Positions 1 through 11,902 of a stretch of DNA of 64,000 bases are shown here, piece by piece; the stretch's first letter is position 1; every line of letters starts with the position of its first letter. A program made the position numbers and the translations under genes. Location of the stretch: positions 138,559 to 202,558 of the forward strand of contig CAVWDM010000005.1 in assembly GCA_963753755.1 (NCBI GenBank), read 5' to 3'. The notes below the pieces were generated by a model. The model did no database searches, was not told where the DNA came from, and worked only from the letters and a program-made list of their open reading frames with translations. This stretch comes from an uncultured Gammaproteobacteria bacterium (GTDB lineage: Bacteria; Pseudomonadota; Gammaproteobacteria; UBA9214).

Positions 1-3000
1 TGGCCGAGAGCAGCAGCCAGCCATTGCCGATGAGTTCCTGCAACGGCGGCTGGCGCTGGTAAATTTTTGTCAGTACCTCGATGCTTGCCTCGACCACGAC
101 CTGCAGGCGCATCGCCTCGTGGATCTCGATCATCTGCTTCGGCAGCCCGATTCGCAGGTCGGAGCTGGTGCCGTCCATGACACCGAACAGGCCGGTTACA
201 TTGTGGGCGATCTTGGTGCCGCAGCCATAACGTTCGTTGTTGACCGTGGAAAAATAGTACTCGAGGTTGATGCCGGCGCCCACTGGACCTGCTGTCAGCA
301 GGATGGCCTCGAGTACCGTGCCCTCGGGATCCTGGTTCGGGTCATAGGAAATCAGGAACACACGCCGGTCGAAGAAGGCGCCCTGGGTCACTGCGCGCCG
401 ACCGATGAGGGCGGCCGCATTGGTGGCATGACCCAGCTCCGGGCGCACCTGGCTGAAGTCGGCGGCGCGTCCCATCATGTGCGTCAGCGCCCGCTGGCGG
501 GTCGGGTTCCGCGGCGCCGAGGCGAGCCGCCGTGCCCGCTCATGGGCGGAGCCCTGCACGGCAACGGCGAGGTCCTGCTGCAGCTGGCTGAAGGCCTGGG
601 TCAGCGACTGTGGCAGTTGATCGAGATCGTACCAGCTGATGTCTTCATTACAGGTATCGTGCTCGGCCCCCAGAAACCAGGTATCCGCGGGGATGTCGCA
701 GCCACGTGCCTTTAAGCGTGCACGCACCTCGGGCCGGTTGGCCATGGTGGCAAAGGCGCGCGCATTCGGGCCCCCGTGGCGGCCGCTGCAGGCGCCGCAG
801 TCATAGGCCGCCAGGTGCGGGTTGTTCTGGCTGCCGGAGCCGTGGCCCATCATCACCACCAGTGGTGCAAAGCCACGCTGCAGCCCAATGGTGCGCAGGA
901 AGCCCAGTACCCGCTGCGCTTGTTCCTCGTCGGTAAAGCCGAGGCGCGGTTGTTCGGGGGTGGCCGGCGAGTCATCCTTGCTGGTGACCCTTACCCGGGT
1001 CGGTATGACCCGGTCGACGGTAATGCGAAGACGCTCGGAGAGCCGTGCAAGTTGTAATGGTGCCAGCACCTTGCCGATCAGGACAGCCAGGGTTGCCGGT
1101 GCCGCCAGCAGGATCAGCAGCATTGTGCGTAGCAGGTTGCGGCGCGTCTCCTGGTGTAGCACATCCTTCAGCCTCAGGCGCTGTGCACGGCGCTGCACAT
1201 GGGTTGCCGCCAGTTGTTCCTGCCCGGCTTGCGGGGTTTCGTGCAGTTCGTGTGAGGGTGTGACCACCACCGGGCACAACGGCGTCAGGGTGCTGTCATC
1301 CAGGCCGCGCCAGTAGATGGGCACACCGAAGAATCCGGCGGCTCCGAGGGTCTCTATCTGGGGCTGGTGTTCCTCCAGATGGCGGCGGATGCCCTCCTCA
1401 CGGTCGTCCATGCAGAACACCAGCTGCGCCCGGGGCCGTGTGTTGCGCACCGGCCAGCGCCCGCGTCCGTGGTTGCTGACCAGGGCGTTGAACAGTTGCT
1501 CGCGGTAATGACGTTCATAGGCCTGCAGCCAGATGAAGCCGGCGCGTTCGGGTTCAAGAGTATCGATAGTCTCAAAGATGCACCTGACGCTGGCTGCATC
1601 CAGGTCGCGGATGTCGGTAGCGCCGATGCCAAGGTGCTGTGCCAGCCGGAACAGGCGCCAGCCATTGCGGTAGACACTGTAGCCGATCGGACGGTCGGAC
1701 GCCGGACTCTGGCGCCAGGTCCAGATCATATGTGCCAGGTGTTGCCATTGTGTTGCGTCGGTACCGCACAGGGTCGAGCAGTTCAGCAGCCGCTGAGCCA
1801 GCGTCACCAGGTATTCCGGCAGATGGCGGTTATAGACGTAGTAGCGCACCAGGAATTCGGCACGGTTGTGGCGGAAATACCAGCGGATGACATCGAAGCT
1901 GGCCTCGATCATCCAGTGCTCGCGGCACAGGCGCTGTGCAAAGAGGCGTTCCAGCACCAGGCGCACGGCCAGATAATCCGCCATGTTGACCTCGACCTGG
2001 TTCAGCCCCTCGTAGCCGGGATGATGATGGCGCCACAGGAACATCCCGGACCAGCCAGGCAGTTCCAGTGCCAGCCGCTCCAGGTAGGCCGACCACTGAT
2101 CGTCAGCCAGCCCCAGCCAGCGCAGTTCGATGTGAATGGTATCCAGCGGATCGTCCGGCAGGGCATTGATACTGTCGCGCCAGTCCGGCAGGTCATCGAA
2201 CACCCAGGCCATGTCCTGCAGGGCCGTGTTGCGCCACACGCGGTAGAAACCCTGTGAACGCTCCGGGGCATTCCAGGCGGCCAGGCCCTGATCCAGGAAG
2301 GAGCCGATATGGCTGATCAGCAACGGCCGCAGTGTCTCCATCAGGTCCTCGCCGGTGACGGCCTGCAGTAGTCCCGGCAGGGTGATGGTCGCGCCCAGCT
2401 GGGCGAACAGTGTGTCCATCAGTTCATCCGCCTCGCGGTTGCTGAGGCGATCCATCAGCAACTGCCCGGGCGGGCTGTGTTCCTCCTTGGACACCACCTC
2501 GGACAGCATCTTCTCTGCCTGTTCGGGGGACATATCGAGCAGTTCCTCGGGGTGCAGGATATAGTGGTCCAGCCCCAGTGCGTGCAGGCAGGCGCTCCAC
2601 AGGTCGCCGATGGCCGCAGCCTCGGTGTTGATGCCATGCCGCCGGGCGGTATCCAGCAGGCGCTTGCGGCTGGCCGCGTCCACGTCCGGCTGGAATGCGG
2701 ACAGCGCATTCTGTTCCTCGAGCTGCCAGTTGAGCTGGCAGGCGGTAACGCTCTGCAACGGGTGCACCAGTGCCGCCAGCAGGATGTCGTGGCGCGTGAC
2801 CGCGGTGCCCTGCGCCGTCAGCACGGTTTCATCAGCCGCCAGTTCCGGGTCATCGTTCAGGGCCTGTTGCAGGTCTTCGCGGTTGATGCGCCCCGCGTGG
2901 TAGTAATCACGGAACTGTGCTTGCGGGAGATAGCCATAGGCACCGGTGACGCGATGTGCCGCGACCAGTGCCTGCGGGAAGGGCAGATGCTGGAAGCCGT

Positions 3001-3097
3001 GCAGGGTATTGTGATGCACGAAGTCCCTGATGGCTGCCTGTGCCGGCAGCACGTGTTCGAAGTGTGCGATCAGCTGCTGTAGCAGCTCGCGTATGTC
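1..3097 (-). CDS. dabA: DUF2309 family protein (DabA/MpsB-like CO2-hydrating subunit), partial; runs off the left edge of the window
   Basis: The minus-strand frame opens with a GTG at 3097, 27 nt after the dabB2 stop. My translation reads ...LPAQAAIRDFVHHNTLHGFQHLPFPQ..., which matches what I recall as the FIHHNTLH N-terminal DUF2309 signature. The frame stays open to position 1, which explains why the ORF track (which needs an in-window stop) does not list it. The long plus-strand ORFs in 119-3082 are antisense artefacts. Confidence 0.7.
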
Positions 3098-3124
3098 CGT
3101 GGTTGCGACCGTTTCAGACACCTA

Positions 3125-4597
3125 TCAACCTCCCTGCGCGCCAGTGAATAGCGCACCCAGCTGCGACACCGAGCTGGCCATCAGTTTCAGTGCTGGCCAG
3201 GGTGCAATGCCCAGCAGGATGATGCCACAGGCGAGCACTCCGGCGGCGGTCAGTTCCAGTGGCCTGAGGTCCTGAATGTTGCGCATGCGGTTGTGTACCG
3301 GTCCCGTGAACAGTCGTCCGATGGTGCGTACCGAGTAGGCGGCGGTCACCATCATGCCGACACTGATCAGCAGGATTGTCCAGCCCCAGGCCTCGAAGCC
3401 ACCGATAATGGCGTGCAGTTCGGCGATGAACCCTGCCGTGCCCGGGATTGCCATACCAGCCAGTAGTGCCAGCGAGGTGAAAAACGCGAAGCGCGGCGTG
3501 ACCTGCACCAGCGAGCTGTAGTCATTGACGTCGCGGGTGTTGGTACGTTCGTAGAGCAGCCCGATGAGCAGGAACAGGGAGCCGGCCACCAGGCCATGGG
3601 CCAGCATCTGCATCAGGGCCCCGGTCAGGCCGGCGATATTGAGTGTGGCGATGCCGAGCAGCACGATACCCATGTGGCTCACCGAGGAGTAGGCGATCAT
3701 TGCCTTCAGGTCGGTCTGGCGCCACGCTAGCAGGCCGCCGTAGATGAGACTGAAGAATGCCAGCCCGGCGAGCAGCGGCTGCAGTGCGACCACAGCATCC
3801 GGCAGCATGGAGGCGGCGCGTATCAGTCCGTAGGAACCCATCTTCAGCAGGATACCGGAGAGCAGGATGGAGATCGGGCTGGGTGCCTCGACATGCGCCA
3901 GTGGCAACCAGCCATGGATCGGAAAGATCGGCATCTTCACCCCGAAGCCGACCAGGAAACCGAGGAAGATCATGACCTGTGCCTGTGGCGGCAGTGCCCG
4001 CGCGCCCTCGCTCATGGTCTCCATGGCAAAGGCATGTCCGGGGGTGATATCAAACAGCACCAGCAGGCTGATGAGCATGAACACCGAGCCGCCCATGGTG
4101 TAGAGCACGAAGTTGAGCGCCGCCTGGTGGCGACGTTTGCCGCCCCAGCCACCGATGAGGAAGAACAGCGGGATCAGCGTCAGTTCCCAGAGCAGGTAGA
4201 ACAGCGTCCAGTCCTGCGCCATGAAGACGCCGAGCATGGCGGCCTCCAGCAGCAGCAGCAGTACGAAATACCACTTCGCACGCTCGCGGATGCTGGCCGA
4301 GGCGAGGATGGCGATAAAGGTCAGCAGCGTCGCCAGCAGGATCATCGGGAAGGAGATGCCGTCGATGCCGAGGGAATAGGAGGTCCCGAGACGCGTATTC
4401 CAGGGGGTCTCCTCGGCAAACTGCATGGCAGCCGTTCCGGTCTCGAAGATCCACAGCAGGCCCCAGGAAAACAGCAGGGTTGCCGCCGCAGCGGTTAATG
4501 CTACCGTGCGGATGACTCGCAGCTGTTGTCCGGGCAGCATAGCGATCAGCGCGGCGCCAAGTGCAGGTAACAGCAATAGCGATGTCAGCAAGTGCAT
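3125..4597 (-). CDS. dabB: NuoM/NuoL-like proton-pumping antiporter subunit (PF00361 family); DabB-type partner of the DUF2309 gene
   Basis: 490-aa polytopic membrane protein with complex I subunit M/N-like motifs (e.g. ...FFLIGGWGG..., ...HGWLPLAHVEAPSP...). It lies immediately upstream of the DUF2309 gene on the same strand. Confidence 0.75.
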   Translation of the reverse strand: MHLLTSLLLLPALGAALIAMLPGQQLRVIRTVALTAAAATLLFSWGLLWIFETGTAAMQFAEETPWNTRLGTSYSLGIDGISFPMILLATLLTFIAILASASIRERAKWYFVLLLLLEAAMLGVFMAQDWTLFYLLWELTLIPLFFLIGGWGGKRRHQAALNFVLYTMGGSVFMLISLLVLFDITPGHAFAMETMSEGARALPPQAQVMIFLGFLVGFGVKMPIFPIHGWLPLAHVEAPSPISILLSGILLKMGSYGLIRAASMLPDAVVALQPLLAGLAFFSLIYGGLLAWRQTDLKAMIAYSSVSHMGIVLLGIATLNIAGLTGALMQMLAHGLVAGSLFLLIGLLYERTNTRDVNDYSSLVQVTPRFAFFTSLALLAGMAIPGTAGFIAELHAIIGGFEAWGWTILLISVGMMVTAAYSVRTIGRLFTGPVHNRMRNIQDLRPLELTAAGVLACGIILLGIAPWPALKLMASSVSQLGALFTGAQGG

Positions 4598-4791
4598 ACC
4601 AAGTCTTCTTTAAATTCCCGGGGAGGGGGATGATTACTGCCGGGATTACACGCTGCGCACCAGGCGGTGACAGGTCGGCGCGACCGGACCAGCGGTGCCG
4701 ACACAAGAGGCGAAAAATAGCATAATCGCCGTGCTGAGTCATCTGCGGCCGGTACTCGACCGGTCCATCTGATTACACGCAGATGCAGTCT

Positions 4792-5322
4792 TTATGCGGC
4801 TGAATCGCTGCTGCCACCCAGCCAGTCGACAATAAATGCGGCAATGGCGGCGCTGTCGTTTATATCCAGTGACGGCCGTTCGCGGCAGTCAGCCGGGTGA
4901 TCCGAGGCCACGGCGATGATGTTGCTATCTTCCGGGTACAGCAGTGTCTTGCCGAGTGCCTGGCGATGCAGTTCGATCTTCGGGAACGGCACCTGCTTGA
5001 AGCCTTCAACCAGTACCAGGTCGATATTGTCGAGATCGAGGCGGGTGATGAGTTCATCAAGACACGGTTCCCGCGGCGTGGCGTTTTCCGTCATTAATGC
5101 CTGGCGCTGACTGGACGCGATCAGCATTTGCCGTGCACCTGCCGTGCGCAGGCGATAACTATCCTTGCCCGGCTTGTCGATATCGAATTCATGGTGTGCG
5201 TGTTTAACCATGCCGATACGAATGCCCTGTGCTGTCAGTTGCGGAATCAGCTTCTCCAGCAGGGTGGTCTTGCCAGTGCCGCTGAACGCCGCAAAACCCA
5301 GAACCGGTCGGGTGCTTTTCAT
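4792..5322 (-). CDS. mobB: molybdopterin-guanine dinucleotide biosynthesis adapter protein MobB
   Basis: P-loop GFAAFSGTGKTTLLEKLI followed by MobB-like sequence. The listed ORF (4792..5409) has an N-terminal extension; the likely start is the ATG at 5322 (MKSTRPVLGF...). Confidence 0.75.
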   Translation of the reverse strand: MKSTRPVLGFAAFSGTGKTTLLEKLIPQLTAQGIRIGMVKHAHHEFDIDKPGKDSYRLRTAGARQMLIASSQRQALMTENATPREPCLDELITRLDLDNIDLVLVEGFKQVPFPKIELHRQALGKTLLYPEDSNIIAVASDHPADCRERPSLDINDSAAIAAFIVDWLGGSSDSAA

Positions 5323-5646
5323 GTGTGGATGCTTCCTGGAAAAAGTAGCCGGCCGGGCTGCCCCGGCCTGTTTCTGTGCTGGTCGGCCATGAGTGTGATG
5401 CCTGCGCACGCCTCAAGTCGCAGTATCATAGCGGAAACCGAGCGTGCTGGCAGCGAGCGCATCAATGATAGGGTCGGTACTTGCATACCAGGTCCGACCG
5501 GGCGGCAATAGATTTTATACTAGGCTGATGCAGTTCCACGAGACTCACAACAAGACGTCGTTACCCCGGCAAAGGCCGGGGTCGGAAATGCCCTGCAACT
5601 GTCTAGTCAGTGCATGTCCAGGAACCATGGCCGGCGGTTAAACATC

Positions 5647-6393
5647 ATGTGGCTGCTCGATCCCTCGATATCACCCTGGTTGCTGTTGCTGGTTGCCGCG
5701 ATGGCGATTCTTTATTCCTCGGTGGGGCATGGTGGCGCCTCCGGTTATCTCGCAGCAATGGCGCTGTTCGGGCTGGAGCCGGCAGTTATGAAACCGGCTG
5801 CCCTGACCATGAATATCTTCGTCACCGTGCTGGTGCTGTGGCGGCTCTCCCGGACCGGTCCTTTTAACTGGCGCCTGTTGCTGCCATTTGCCGTTGCCTC
5901 GGTTCCGATGGCCTTCATCGGCGGTGCATACACCATCAGTTCCAGCGTCTACCGGATCATGGTGGGGCTGGCCCTGCTGTTGGCGATGTGGCGCTTGCTC
6001 TGGGAGGACAAGGACAGTGACAGTATCCACGCGCCTGCGCTGTGGGTCGCGCTGCCGGTTGGCGCGATTCTCGGGCTGGTGTCAGGCCTGACCGGTGTAG
6101 GGGGCGGAATCTTTCTCAGCCCGTTGTTGCTGTTGTTTCACTGGACCAACATGCGCGGCTGCGTGGCGGTCGCCGCCGCCTTCATCCTGCTGAATTCCAT
6201 TGCCGGACTGGTCGGCTACGCCAGTACGGCTACACTTTGGCCTGCCGGGATTCCAGTGCTGGTGGTAGCGGCGCTGCTGGGCGGCCTGGTCGGTGCGGAA
6301 CTGGGTGCACGTCGCCTGGCACCCGCGCACCTGCGCATGGTGCTGGCCGTGGTACTGGCGGTGGCCGGCGCAAAGATGATTGCCACGGCCTGA
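5647..6393 (+). CDS. TauE/SafE family sulfite/anion exporter (membrane protein)
   Basis: 4+4 TM architecture with the GGxxG-type motifs of the TauE/SafE (DUF81) family. The start is probably at MWLLDP (5647) inside the ORF listed from 5614. Confidence 0.65.
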   Translation: MWLLDPSISPWLLLLVAAMAILYSSVGHGGASGYLAAMALFGLEPAVMKPAALTMNIFVTVLVLWRLSRTGPFNWRLLLPFAVASVPMAFIGGAYTISSSVYRIMVGLALLLAMWRLLWEDKDSDSIHAPALWVALPVGAILGLVSGLTGVGGGIFLSPLLLLFHWTNMRGCVAVAAAFILLNSIAGLVGYASTATLWPAGIPVLVVAALLGGLVGAELGARRLAPAHLRMVLAVVLAVAGAKMIATA

Positions 6394-6418
6394 ACGTATT
6401 TCCCTGTGGGTGTCAGGC

Positions 6419-6991
6419 TTATCCGATGCTCAGGGCATTCACCGGGCAGGCGCTCACACACATACCGCAGCCGGTACAGCGCTCGCTGTTGATCCGGGCA
6501 CGGCGCTGGTACTCGGTGCTGATGGCCTGGTAGTCACAGCGGCCCTGGCAGGACATGCAGATCACATCGTTCCAGGCGATGCAGCGGTCCCGGTTCAGGT
6601 GCGCCATGCCGATGCGGGGAGTGCTGGCTTCAATGACCTCGATCTGCAGCGGGCAGGCAGTGACGCAGGCCTTGCAGAAGGTGCAGCCGGAGGTTGCAAA
6701 ATCAAGATAGGGTGTGCCGGCGCGCTCATGGTTGGCTGGGTGCAGCCGGATAATGCCCGGCTCGCAGGCGCTTACGCAGGGGTGCGTACAGCCCTGGCAG
6801 ACCTCATGCAGCGCCAGACCCTGGTGCCAGGGTGGAGGCGGACCCAGCGGCTGCTGCCGTTTTACTTCTGCCTTGCGTCCGCTGCGGGTCAGCAAGGTGC
6901 CACGCAGAAACGCCCTGCGCCCGCTGTCCACCTCGCTCAACGATAGGTGCTCTCGACCAGCGGCATGGCGTTCGACAGGGGTACGTGGCAT
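6419..6991 (-). CDS. napF: ferredoxin-type protein NapF (multi 4Fe-4S)
   Basis: Four CxxCxxCxxxCP-like clusters (CQGCTHPCVSAC, CTFCKACVTACP, CMSCQGRCDYQA, CTGCGMCVSACP). It is the last gene of the nap cluster. The annotated 5' end overlaps napB, so the true start is probably internal. Confidence 0.75.
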   Translation of the reverse strand: MPRTPVERHAAGREHLSLSEVDSGRRAFLRGTLLTRSGRKAEVKRQQPLGPPPPWHQGLALHEVCQGCTHPCVSACEPGIIRLHPANHERAGTPYLDFATSGCTFCKACVTACPLQIEVIEASTPRIGMAHLNRDRCIAWNDVICMSCQGRCDYQAISTEYQRRARINSERCTGCGMCVSACPVNALSIG

Positions 6992-7401
6992 TGCGTGCAG
7001 GTGAAGCGTGCACCGTCCACTTCATCAAGCTCGTCGCTGGCATAGTGAGCGGCTGACATCGGGCTCTTGCTTTTCACGGTCCTGTCCATGTTTTTGGGCT
7101 TGTCGATGTATTTAGGCACATCATGGCAGTCGAGGCACTGGTTATCCGCGGCAACGATCGGCAGGAATTCAACGACCTGGTGCGGGATCTGGGGGGGCGC
7201 CTGCTCCCAGGCTCGTGGCAGAGGGTCATTATAGCCAGGCTTGCCATCACTATAGGTGTAGGTGGTGTCCGGTGTGGGCGTATCAAACACGCTGGTCTTG
7301 CTCAGGCCCATGTTGAGTTCGTCGATGGCGCCACCGTTCGATGCACATGCGGCGAAGGTAAACACCAGGCCGAAAGTGGTGAAAAATGCTCGTGCTTTCA
7401 T
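6937..7401 (-). CDS. napB: periplasmic nitrate reductase dihaem cytochrome c subunit NapB
   Basis: Signal peptide, two CxxCH motifs (CLDCH, CTQCH), ~150 aa, located between napH and napF. Confidence 0.8.
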   Translation of the reverse strand: MKARAFFTTFGLVFTFAACASNGGAIDELNMGLSKTSVFDTPTPDTTYTYSDGKPGYNDPLPRAWEQAPPQIPHQVVEFLPIVAADNQCLDCHDVPKYIDKPKNMDRTVKSKSPMSAAHYASDELDEVDGARFTCTQCHVPLSNAMPLVESTYR

Positions 7402-8339
7402 ACTGCTCTCCTTTGTCGGGGTTCAGTGGTTTCAGCTTGTTGCGGACGCTTGATCAAGTGCCGCAGATTAAATTCCAGGGTACCTTCCGGGCAGACGCCG
7501 ATGCAGCGACCGCAGTTGCTGCATTCACCGGAGGTGATCATACCAGCCGCGGCGGCTTCCTTGAGGTTCAGTACCTGCGGTTCCGGGCACACCTTGGCGC
7601 ACTCGCAGCAGTGGGTACAGGTCGGTGTATCGAAGCGCAGGCGTAGCTGTGCCAGCCTGCCCACCAGGGCATAAAAGGCGCCCAGCGGGCAGAGGTGTCC
7701 ACACCAGCCATGGCGCAGGATAAACAGGTCAAACAGGAACACGCCCAGTACGGCGGTCCAGCCCAGTCCGATGCCATAGATCAGTTCACGGTGCAGCATA
7801 CTGATGGGGCTGATCCATTCGAATGCGGCGACACCGGTCAGCATCGACAGCAGCAGTGTCAACGCCAGCACGGTGTAACGGATATTGCGGCTCAGCCGCA
7901 ACAGGTCGTTGATGCCAAGGCGGCGCCGCAGCCAGGCGGCCAGGTCGGTCACCATGTTGACGGGACACACCCAGGCGCACCACACCCGGCCCCCAAGAAC
8001 GGTATACAGGGCGAGAATGAGGGCAGCACCCAGCAATACCTCCTGCAGCGGCCAGTGCCCGGTGAGCATGATTTGCAGCAACGCGAAGGGATCCGCCATG
8101 GGGACCAGCCCGAACAATTCCGAGCTGCTCAGATTACCGCTCAATACCGGTCTGCCAGCGGCTGTCCAGCCCCAGCGCACCGTCGCGAAGAACAGCAGCA
8201 GTACCCCGAGTTGCACGGCACGGCGCAGTAACAGCCAGCGCCATACCCGTAATTTGCCGCCGAAGGATGCCGGCATAACGAAGGGCCTGACCGGCTGGCC
8301 ATTGGGCCCCAGCTTTACCGGTTTACTCGCCTCGTTCAC
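7398..8339 (-). CDS. napH: quinol dehydrogenase membrane subunit NapH
   Basis: Polytopic membrane protein with C-terminal 4Fe-4S motifs (CTHCCECAKVCP, CSNCGRCIGVCP). It overlaps napG by 4 nt. Confidence 0.8.
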   Translation of the reverse strand: MNEASKPVKLGPNGQPVRPFVMPASFGGKLRVWRWLLLRRAVQLGVLLLFFATVRWGWTAAGRPVLSGNLSSSELFGLVPMADPFALLQIMLTGHWPLQEVLLGAALILALYTVLGGRVWCAWVCPVNMVTDLAAWLRRRLGINDLLRLSRNIRYTVLALTLLLSMLTGVAAFEWISPISMLHRELIYGIGLGWTAVLGVFLFDLFILRHGWCGHLCPLGAFYALVGRLAQLRLRFDTPTCTHCCECAKVCPEPQVLNLKEAAAAGMITSGECSNCGRCIGVCPEGTLEFNLRHLIKRPQQAETTEPRQRRAV

Positions 8340-9100
8340 GGCGAACCCTCGTTCAGGTAATCGATGCCGGTGGCCGGCTCAGCAGCGCCGGTGGCTTCAG
8401 CGCCGGCCTTGAATTCCTGGGTAATCGGGCTGTCGATGGTCCAGCCGAGGCGGTAGTGATCACCGATCTGGCCCTGCACCAGATCTGGCTGCAATACTCG
8501 AATGGCGGCCTTCTGGGTGGGGCACGCCTGCTCGCATATGCCACAGCCGGTACAGGCATCGCTGTGTACCAGCGGTACGAACATCGCATGCTTGCTGATG
8601 CGGCGCGGGTGATGCTCGATACTGATCGCCTCGCCTTGCACCGGGCACTCGCGGAAGCAGATTTCACAGCGCAGGCCTTGCCAGGACAGACAATTCTCGA
8701 TATCGATAACGGCCAGTCCCATGCGTGCATCGTCGATTTCTTGCAGTGCATGGTCGAGCGCGCCGGTCGGACAGACCGGTACGCACGGGATGTCCTCGCA
8801 CATGTAACAGGGTGTCGCGCGCGGGATGAAATAGGGTGTGCCGATGGGGATACCGGAAGCCGCCGTTGCCAGTTTCAGGGTGTCATAGGGGCAGGCATCC
8901 ACACACTGGCCGCACTTGATGCAGGTGGCATTGAAATCCGCTTCAGCCAGTGCGCCCGGTGGGCGGATGGCAAACGGTGTTGCCCGGGCCTGCTGCGTCA
9001 GCAGGTAGGACCAGACCAGGCCTCCGGTGGCCGCGAGGGCGGCTCCCTGTCCCATCCGGGTGAAAAAGTCACGCCGGGAAATCGCTGTTTTCCTGCCCAT
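8336..9100 (-). CDS. napG: quinol dehydrogenase periplasmic FeS subunit NapG
   Basis: Tat signal (SRRDFFTRMGQGAALAATG) and four ferredoxin-type Cys clusters. Confidence 0.8.
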   Translation of the reverse strand: MGRKTAISRRDFFTRMGQGAALAATGGLVWSYLLTQQARATPFAIRPPGALAEADFNATCIKCGQCVDACPYDTLKLATAASGIPIGTPYFIPRATPCYMCEDIPCVPVCPTGALDHALQEIDDARMGLAVIDIENCLSWQGLRCEICFRECPVQGEAISIEHHPRRISKHAMFVPLVHSDACTGCGICEQACPTQKAAIRVLQPDLVQGQIGDHYRLGWTIDSPITQEFKAGAEATGAAEPATGIDYLNEGSP

Positions 9101-9157
9101 CGGAGCGTGCCCCGGGAGTTGGCAAGGTGGCCGCCCTGCATTCCCGGGGCGTCATAC

Positions 9158-11902
9158 TCAGGCCTTGTAGACCTTGATGGCGGCCTTCTTGAAGTCGGTC
9201 TCCTTCGACATCGGGCAGGTCACATCAAGGCACAGTTTGTTGACAAACACGGCCTCGTCAAAGAACGGTACGAAGGTATAGCCCTTCGCTGGCCGGTTGC
9301 GTCCCTGGGTCTCCACCACGGCCTTGACCTTGCCGCGGCGTGATTCCAGCCAGGCGATATCATTGCGCTGCAGGCCACGTTTTTTGGCGTCGTCCGGGTG
9401 CATGAAGATCACGGCCGTCGGCACGGCACGGTGCAACTCTGGTACCCGGCGGGTCATGGTGCCGGTGTGCCAGTGTTCCAGCACGCGGCCGGTGTTCAGC
9501 CACAGGTCGTAATTGCTGTCCGGTTGCTCCGGTGGCGCCGCATAGGGACGGAAGAAGATCTTTGCCTTGCTGGCCAGGCTGGTCTTCTCCTGGTTGGTGA
9601 CCTTGTCCAGGTCGCCACTCGGCAAGGCCTTGAGCGCCTTGCCGTAGAAGTCGAAGCCGCTGCCTTTCGCGCAATAGGGGTCATACTCTTCGTTGAAGCG
9701 CCACTGGGTTTCCTTGCCGTCGACGACCGGCCATTTCAGACCGCGCACATCGTCACCGTAGTAGACATCGAATGCCGCCAGGTCATGGGCATGTCCGACG
9801 CCAAACTGGCGGTATTCGTCGAACAGTGCCTTTTCCGGAAACCAGCCATCGCCGAGTTTCTCGGCCACGTGGTTGTCGTGTCCCTTGGCCACCGATTCAT
9901 CGGGCCACTTGACCTTGCGGTTGTCCGCGTTGGCGAACAGTACCTCGTAGAGGGTGTCATCGGGTGAGTAACCCATCTTCTGCGCCTCGGCCAGCACGCT
10001 GGGCAGCTTGCCATTATCGAAACCCTCGGCCTCGAGCCCCGGCACATTCTGCTCGCCCCAGACCTCCTTGAGCGTGAAGCGCTTGGAAAACTCCAGGCCC
10101 TGCCAGACATCACCCATGGCCTCGCCGGGCGGTGCCACCTGCTGCCGCCAGGCCTGGGTACGTCGTTCTGCATTGCCGTACAGGCCCCACTTCTCAAAGA
10201 TCATGGCGGTTGGCAGTATCAGGTCCGCCACCTTCGCCGAGACGGTGGGATAGGGATCGGACACCACAATGAAATTATCCATGTCGCGGGCTGCCTTGAT
10301 CCAGTGGTTGGCATTTGCGGTTGCCTGGAAGGGGTTGTTGACCTGTACCCAGGCCCACTTGATCTGACCGTCCTCGAGGTCGCGCATGATCTTGGTAATG
10401 TGGCTGCCGACCTTGGGATTGAGGGTGCTGGGCGGCAGTTTCCAGAGCTTCTCGCTGAATGCCCGGTGTGCCGGGATGGTGACCACGAGGTCAGCCGGCA
10501 GTCGATGGGCGAAGGTACCCACCTCACGTGCGGTACCGCAGGCGGAGGGCTGGCCGGTGAGCGAGAAGGCACCGTTGCCCGGCATGCACTGCTTGCCGAG
10601 CAGCAGGTGTATCGCATAGTTCTGCTCGTTGACCCAGCTGCCGCGGTAGTGCTGGTTGAAACCCATGGTCCAGAAGCTGACCACCTTGCGGTTCGGATCG
10701 ACATACAGCTCGGCCAGTTGCTTGAGTTTGCCCTTGTAGGTCTCCGGATCCTCGTCCGGATCACCCTTCGACAGTTGTGCCACGAAGTCCAGAGTGTAGG
10801 GCTCCACGCCCTTCTTGAAGTCCTCGTAGCTGATCATCCAGTGTGCAACCGGTTTCCTGGTGTTGTTCTGTTCCACCACTTCGCCCGCCTTTCTGCGCTG
10901 GCCGATGGCCTCATCCTTGTCGAGCGTCACCCTGAGCTCCTTGACCTGGATATCCTTCTCGGCCTCGAAACAGTACTTGTCTGTCGGGCGCATGCCGTAA
11001 CCGATATCATAGGGGCCGGTAGCAAACACGCAATGCTTGTTGACGAAGTCCTGGTTGACGGCATCGCGCTTGATGATCTCGCGCAGCAGGTAGTTCTGGA
11101 TGGCGAGGTCAGTACCCGGTTTGAAGATGATCTCGGTATCGGCGATGTCGGAGGTCTGGTTGCTCATGGTGGTCAGGTTGATGAGCTTGACGTTGTCATC
11201 CGTCAGCCGTCTATCGGAGACGCGTGCCCACAGGATCGGGTGACACTCGGCCATGTTGGCGCCCCAGGTGACAACGGTATCGGTGTGCTCGATGTCGTCG
11301 TAGTTACCGGCCGGTTCGTCGATGCCGAAGGTCTGGATGAAGCCCACCACGGCCGAGGCCATGCAGTGGCGTGCGTTGGGATCGATGTTGTTGCTGCGGA
11401 AACCGGCCTTCATCAGCTTCGCCGAGACATAGCCTTCCGGGATGGTGTACTGGCCGGAGCCGAAGATGGCGATGCCGTGTGGCCCCATTTCCCGGTAGGT
11501 CTTCTTGAACTGTTTTTCCATTTCGTCGAAGGCGCGTTCCCAGCTCACCGCCTGGAACTTGCCCTGCTTGTCGAACTTGCCGTCCGTCATGCGCATCAGT
11601 GGCTGGGTGAGACGGTCCTTGCCGTAGATGATCTTGCCGTTGAAGTAGCCCTTGATGCAGTTCAGCCCCCTGTTCACCGGTGCATCCGGGTCACCCTTGG
11701 TGGCGACGATGCGGCCGTCGCGGGTACCGACCATAATGCCGCAGCCGGTACCACAGAAGCGGCAGACGCCCTTGTCCCACTGTACTCCGGCCTCGGCCTC
11801 TTTAGATTTCGCCAGTGCGGCGGCGGGAATGGTGATGCCGGCGGCAGTGGCGGTGGCCGCCGCGGCACTGGTCTTGAGAAATTCTCTGCGTGTGACGTCC
11901 AT
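9158..11902 (-). CDS. napA: periplasmic nitrate reductase catalytic subunit NapA (Mo-bisMGD)
   Basis: 914 aa; twin-arginine signal ([22 protein letters not shown]); N-terminal CxxCxxxC...C FeS motif (CRFCGTGCG); Nap-type molybdopterin motifs ([15 protein letters not shown]). Confidence 0.9.
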   Translation of the reverse strand: MDVTRREFLKTSAAAATATAAGITIPAAALAKSKEAEAGVQWDKGVCRFCGTGCGIMVGTRDGRIVATKGDPDAPVNRGLNCIKGYFNGKIIYGKDRLTQPLMRMTDGKFDKQGKFQAVSWERAFDEMEKQFKKTYREMGPHGIAIFGSGQYTIPEGYVSAKLMKAGFRSNNIDPNARHCMASAVVGFIQTFGIDEPAGNYDDIEHTDTVVTWGANMAECHPILWARVSDRRLTDDNVKLINLTTMSNQTSDIADTEIIFKPGTDLAIQNYLLREIIKRDAVNQDFVNKHCVFATGPYDIGYGMRPTDKYCFEAEKDIQVKELRVTLDKDEAIGQRRKAGEVVEQNNTRKPVAHWMISYEDFKKGVEPYTLDFVAQLSKGDPDEDPETYKGKLKQLAELYVDPNRKVVSFWTMGFNQHYRGSWVNEQNYAIHLLLGKQCMPGNGAFSLTGQPSACGTAREVGTFAHRLPADLVVTIPAHRAFSEKLWKLPPSTLNPKVGSHITKIMRDLEDGQIKWAWVQVNNPFQATANANHWIKAARDMDNFIVVSDPYPTVSAKVADLILPTAMIFEKWGLYGNAERRTQAWRQQVAPPGEAMGDVWQGLEFSKRFTLKEVWGEQNVPGLEAEGFDNGKLPSVLAEAQKMGYSPDDTLYEVLFANADNRKVKWPDESVAKGHDNHVAEKLGDGWFPEKALFDEYRQFGVGHAHDLAAFDVYYGDDVRGLKWPVVDGKETQWRFNEEYDPYCAKGSGFDFYGKALKALPSGDLDKVTNQEKTSLASKAKIFFRPYAAPPEQPDSNYDLWLNTGRVLEHWHTGTMTRRVPELHRAVPTAVIFMHPDDAKKRGLQRNDIAWLESRRGKVKAVVETQGRNRPAKGYTFVPFFDEAVFVNKLCLDVTCPMSKETDFKKAAIKVYKA

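Noticed and set aside
2822-2882. Apparent internal stop and compensating frameshift pair in dabA2
   Set aside because: This came from my own mis-transcription of one sequence line. On re-reading the frame is continuous (...YYHAGRINREDLQQALNDDPELAADETVLTAQ...). No disruption is claimed.
119-3082. Long plus-strand ORFs (119..715, 822..1316, 1367..2257, 2477..3082)
   Set aside because: They are antisense to the DUF2309 (dabA2) coding frame on the minus strand and show the Q/R/V/A-rich composition typical of GC-rich antisense artefacts. They have no RBS or recognisable domains.
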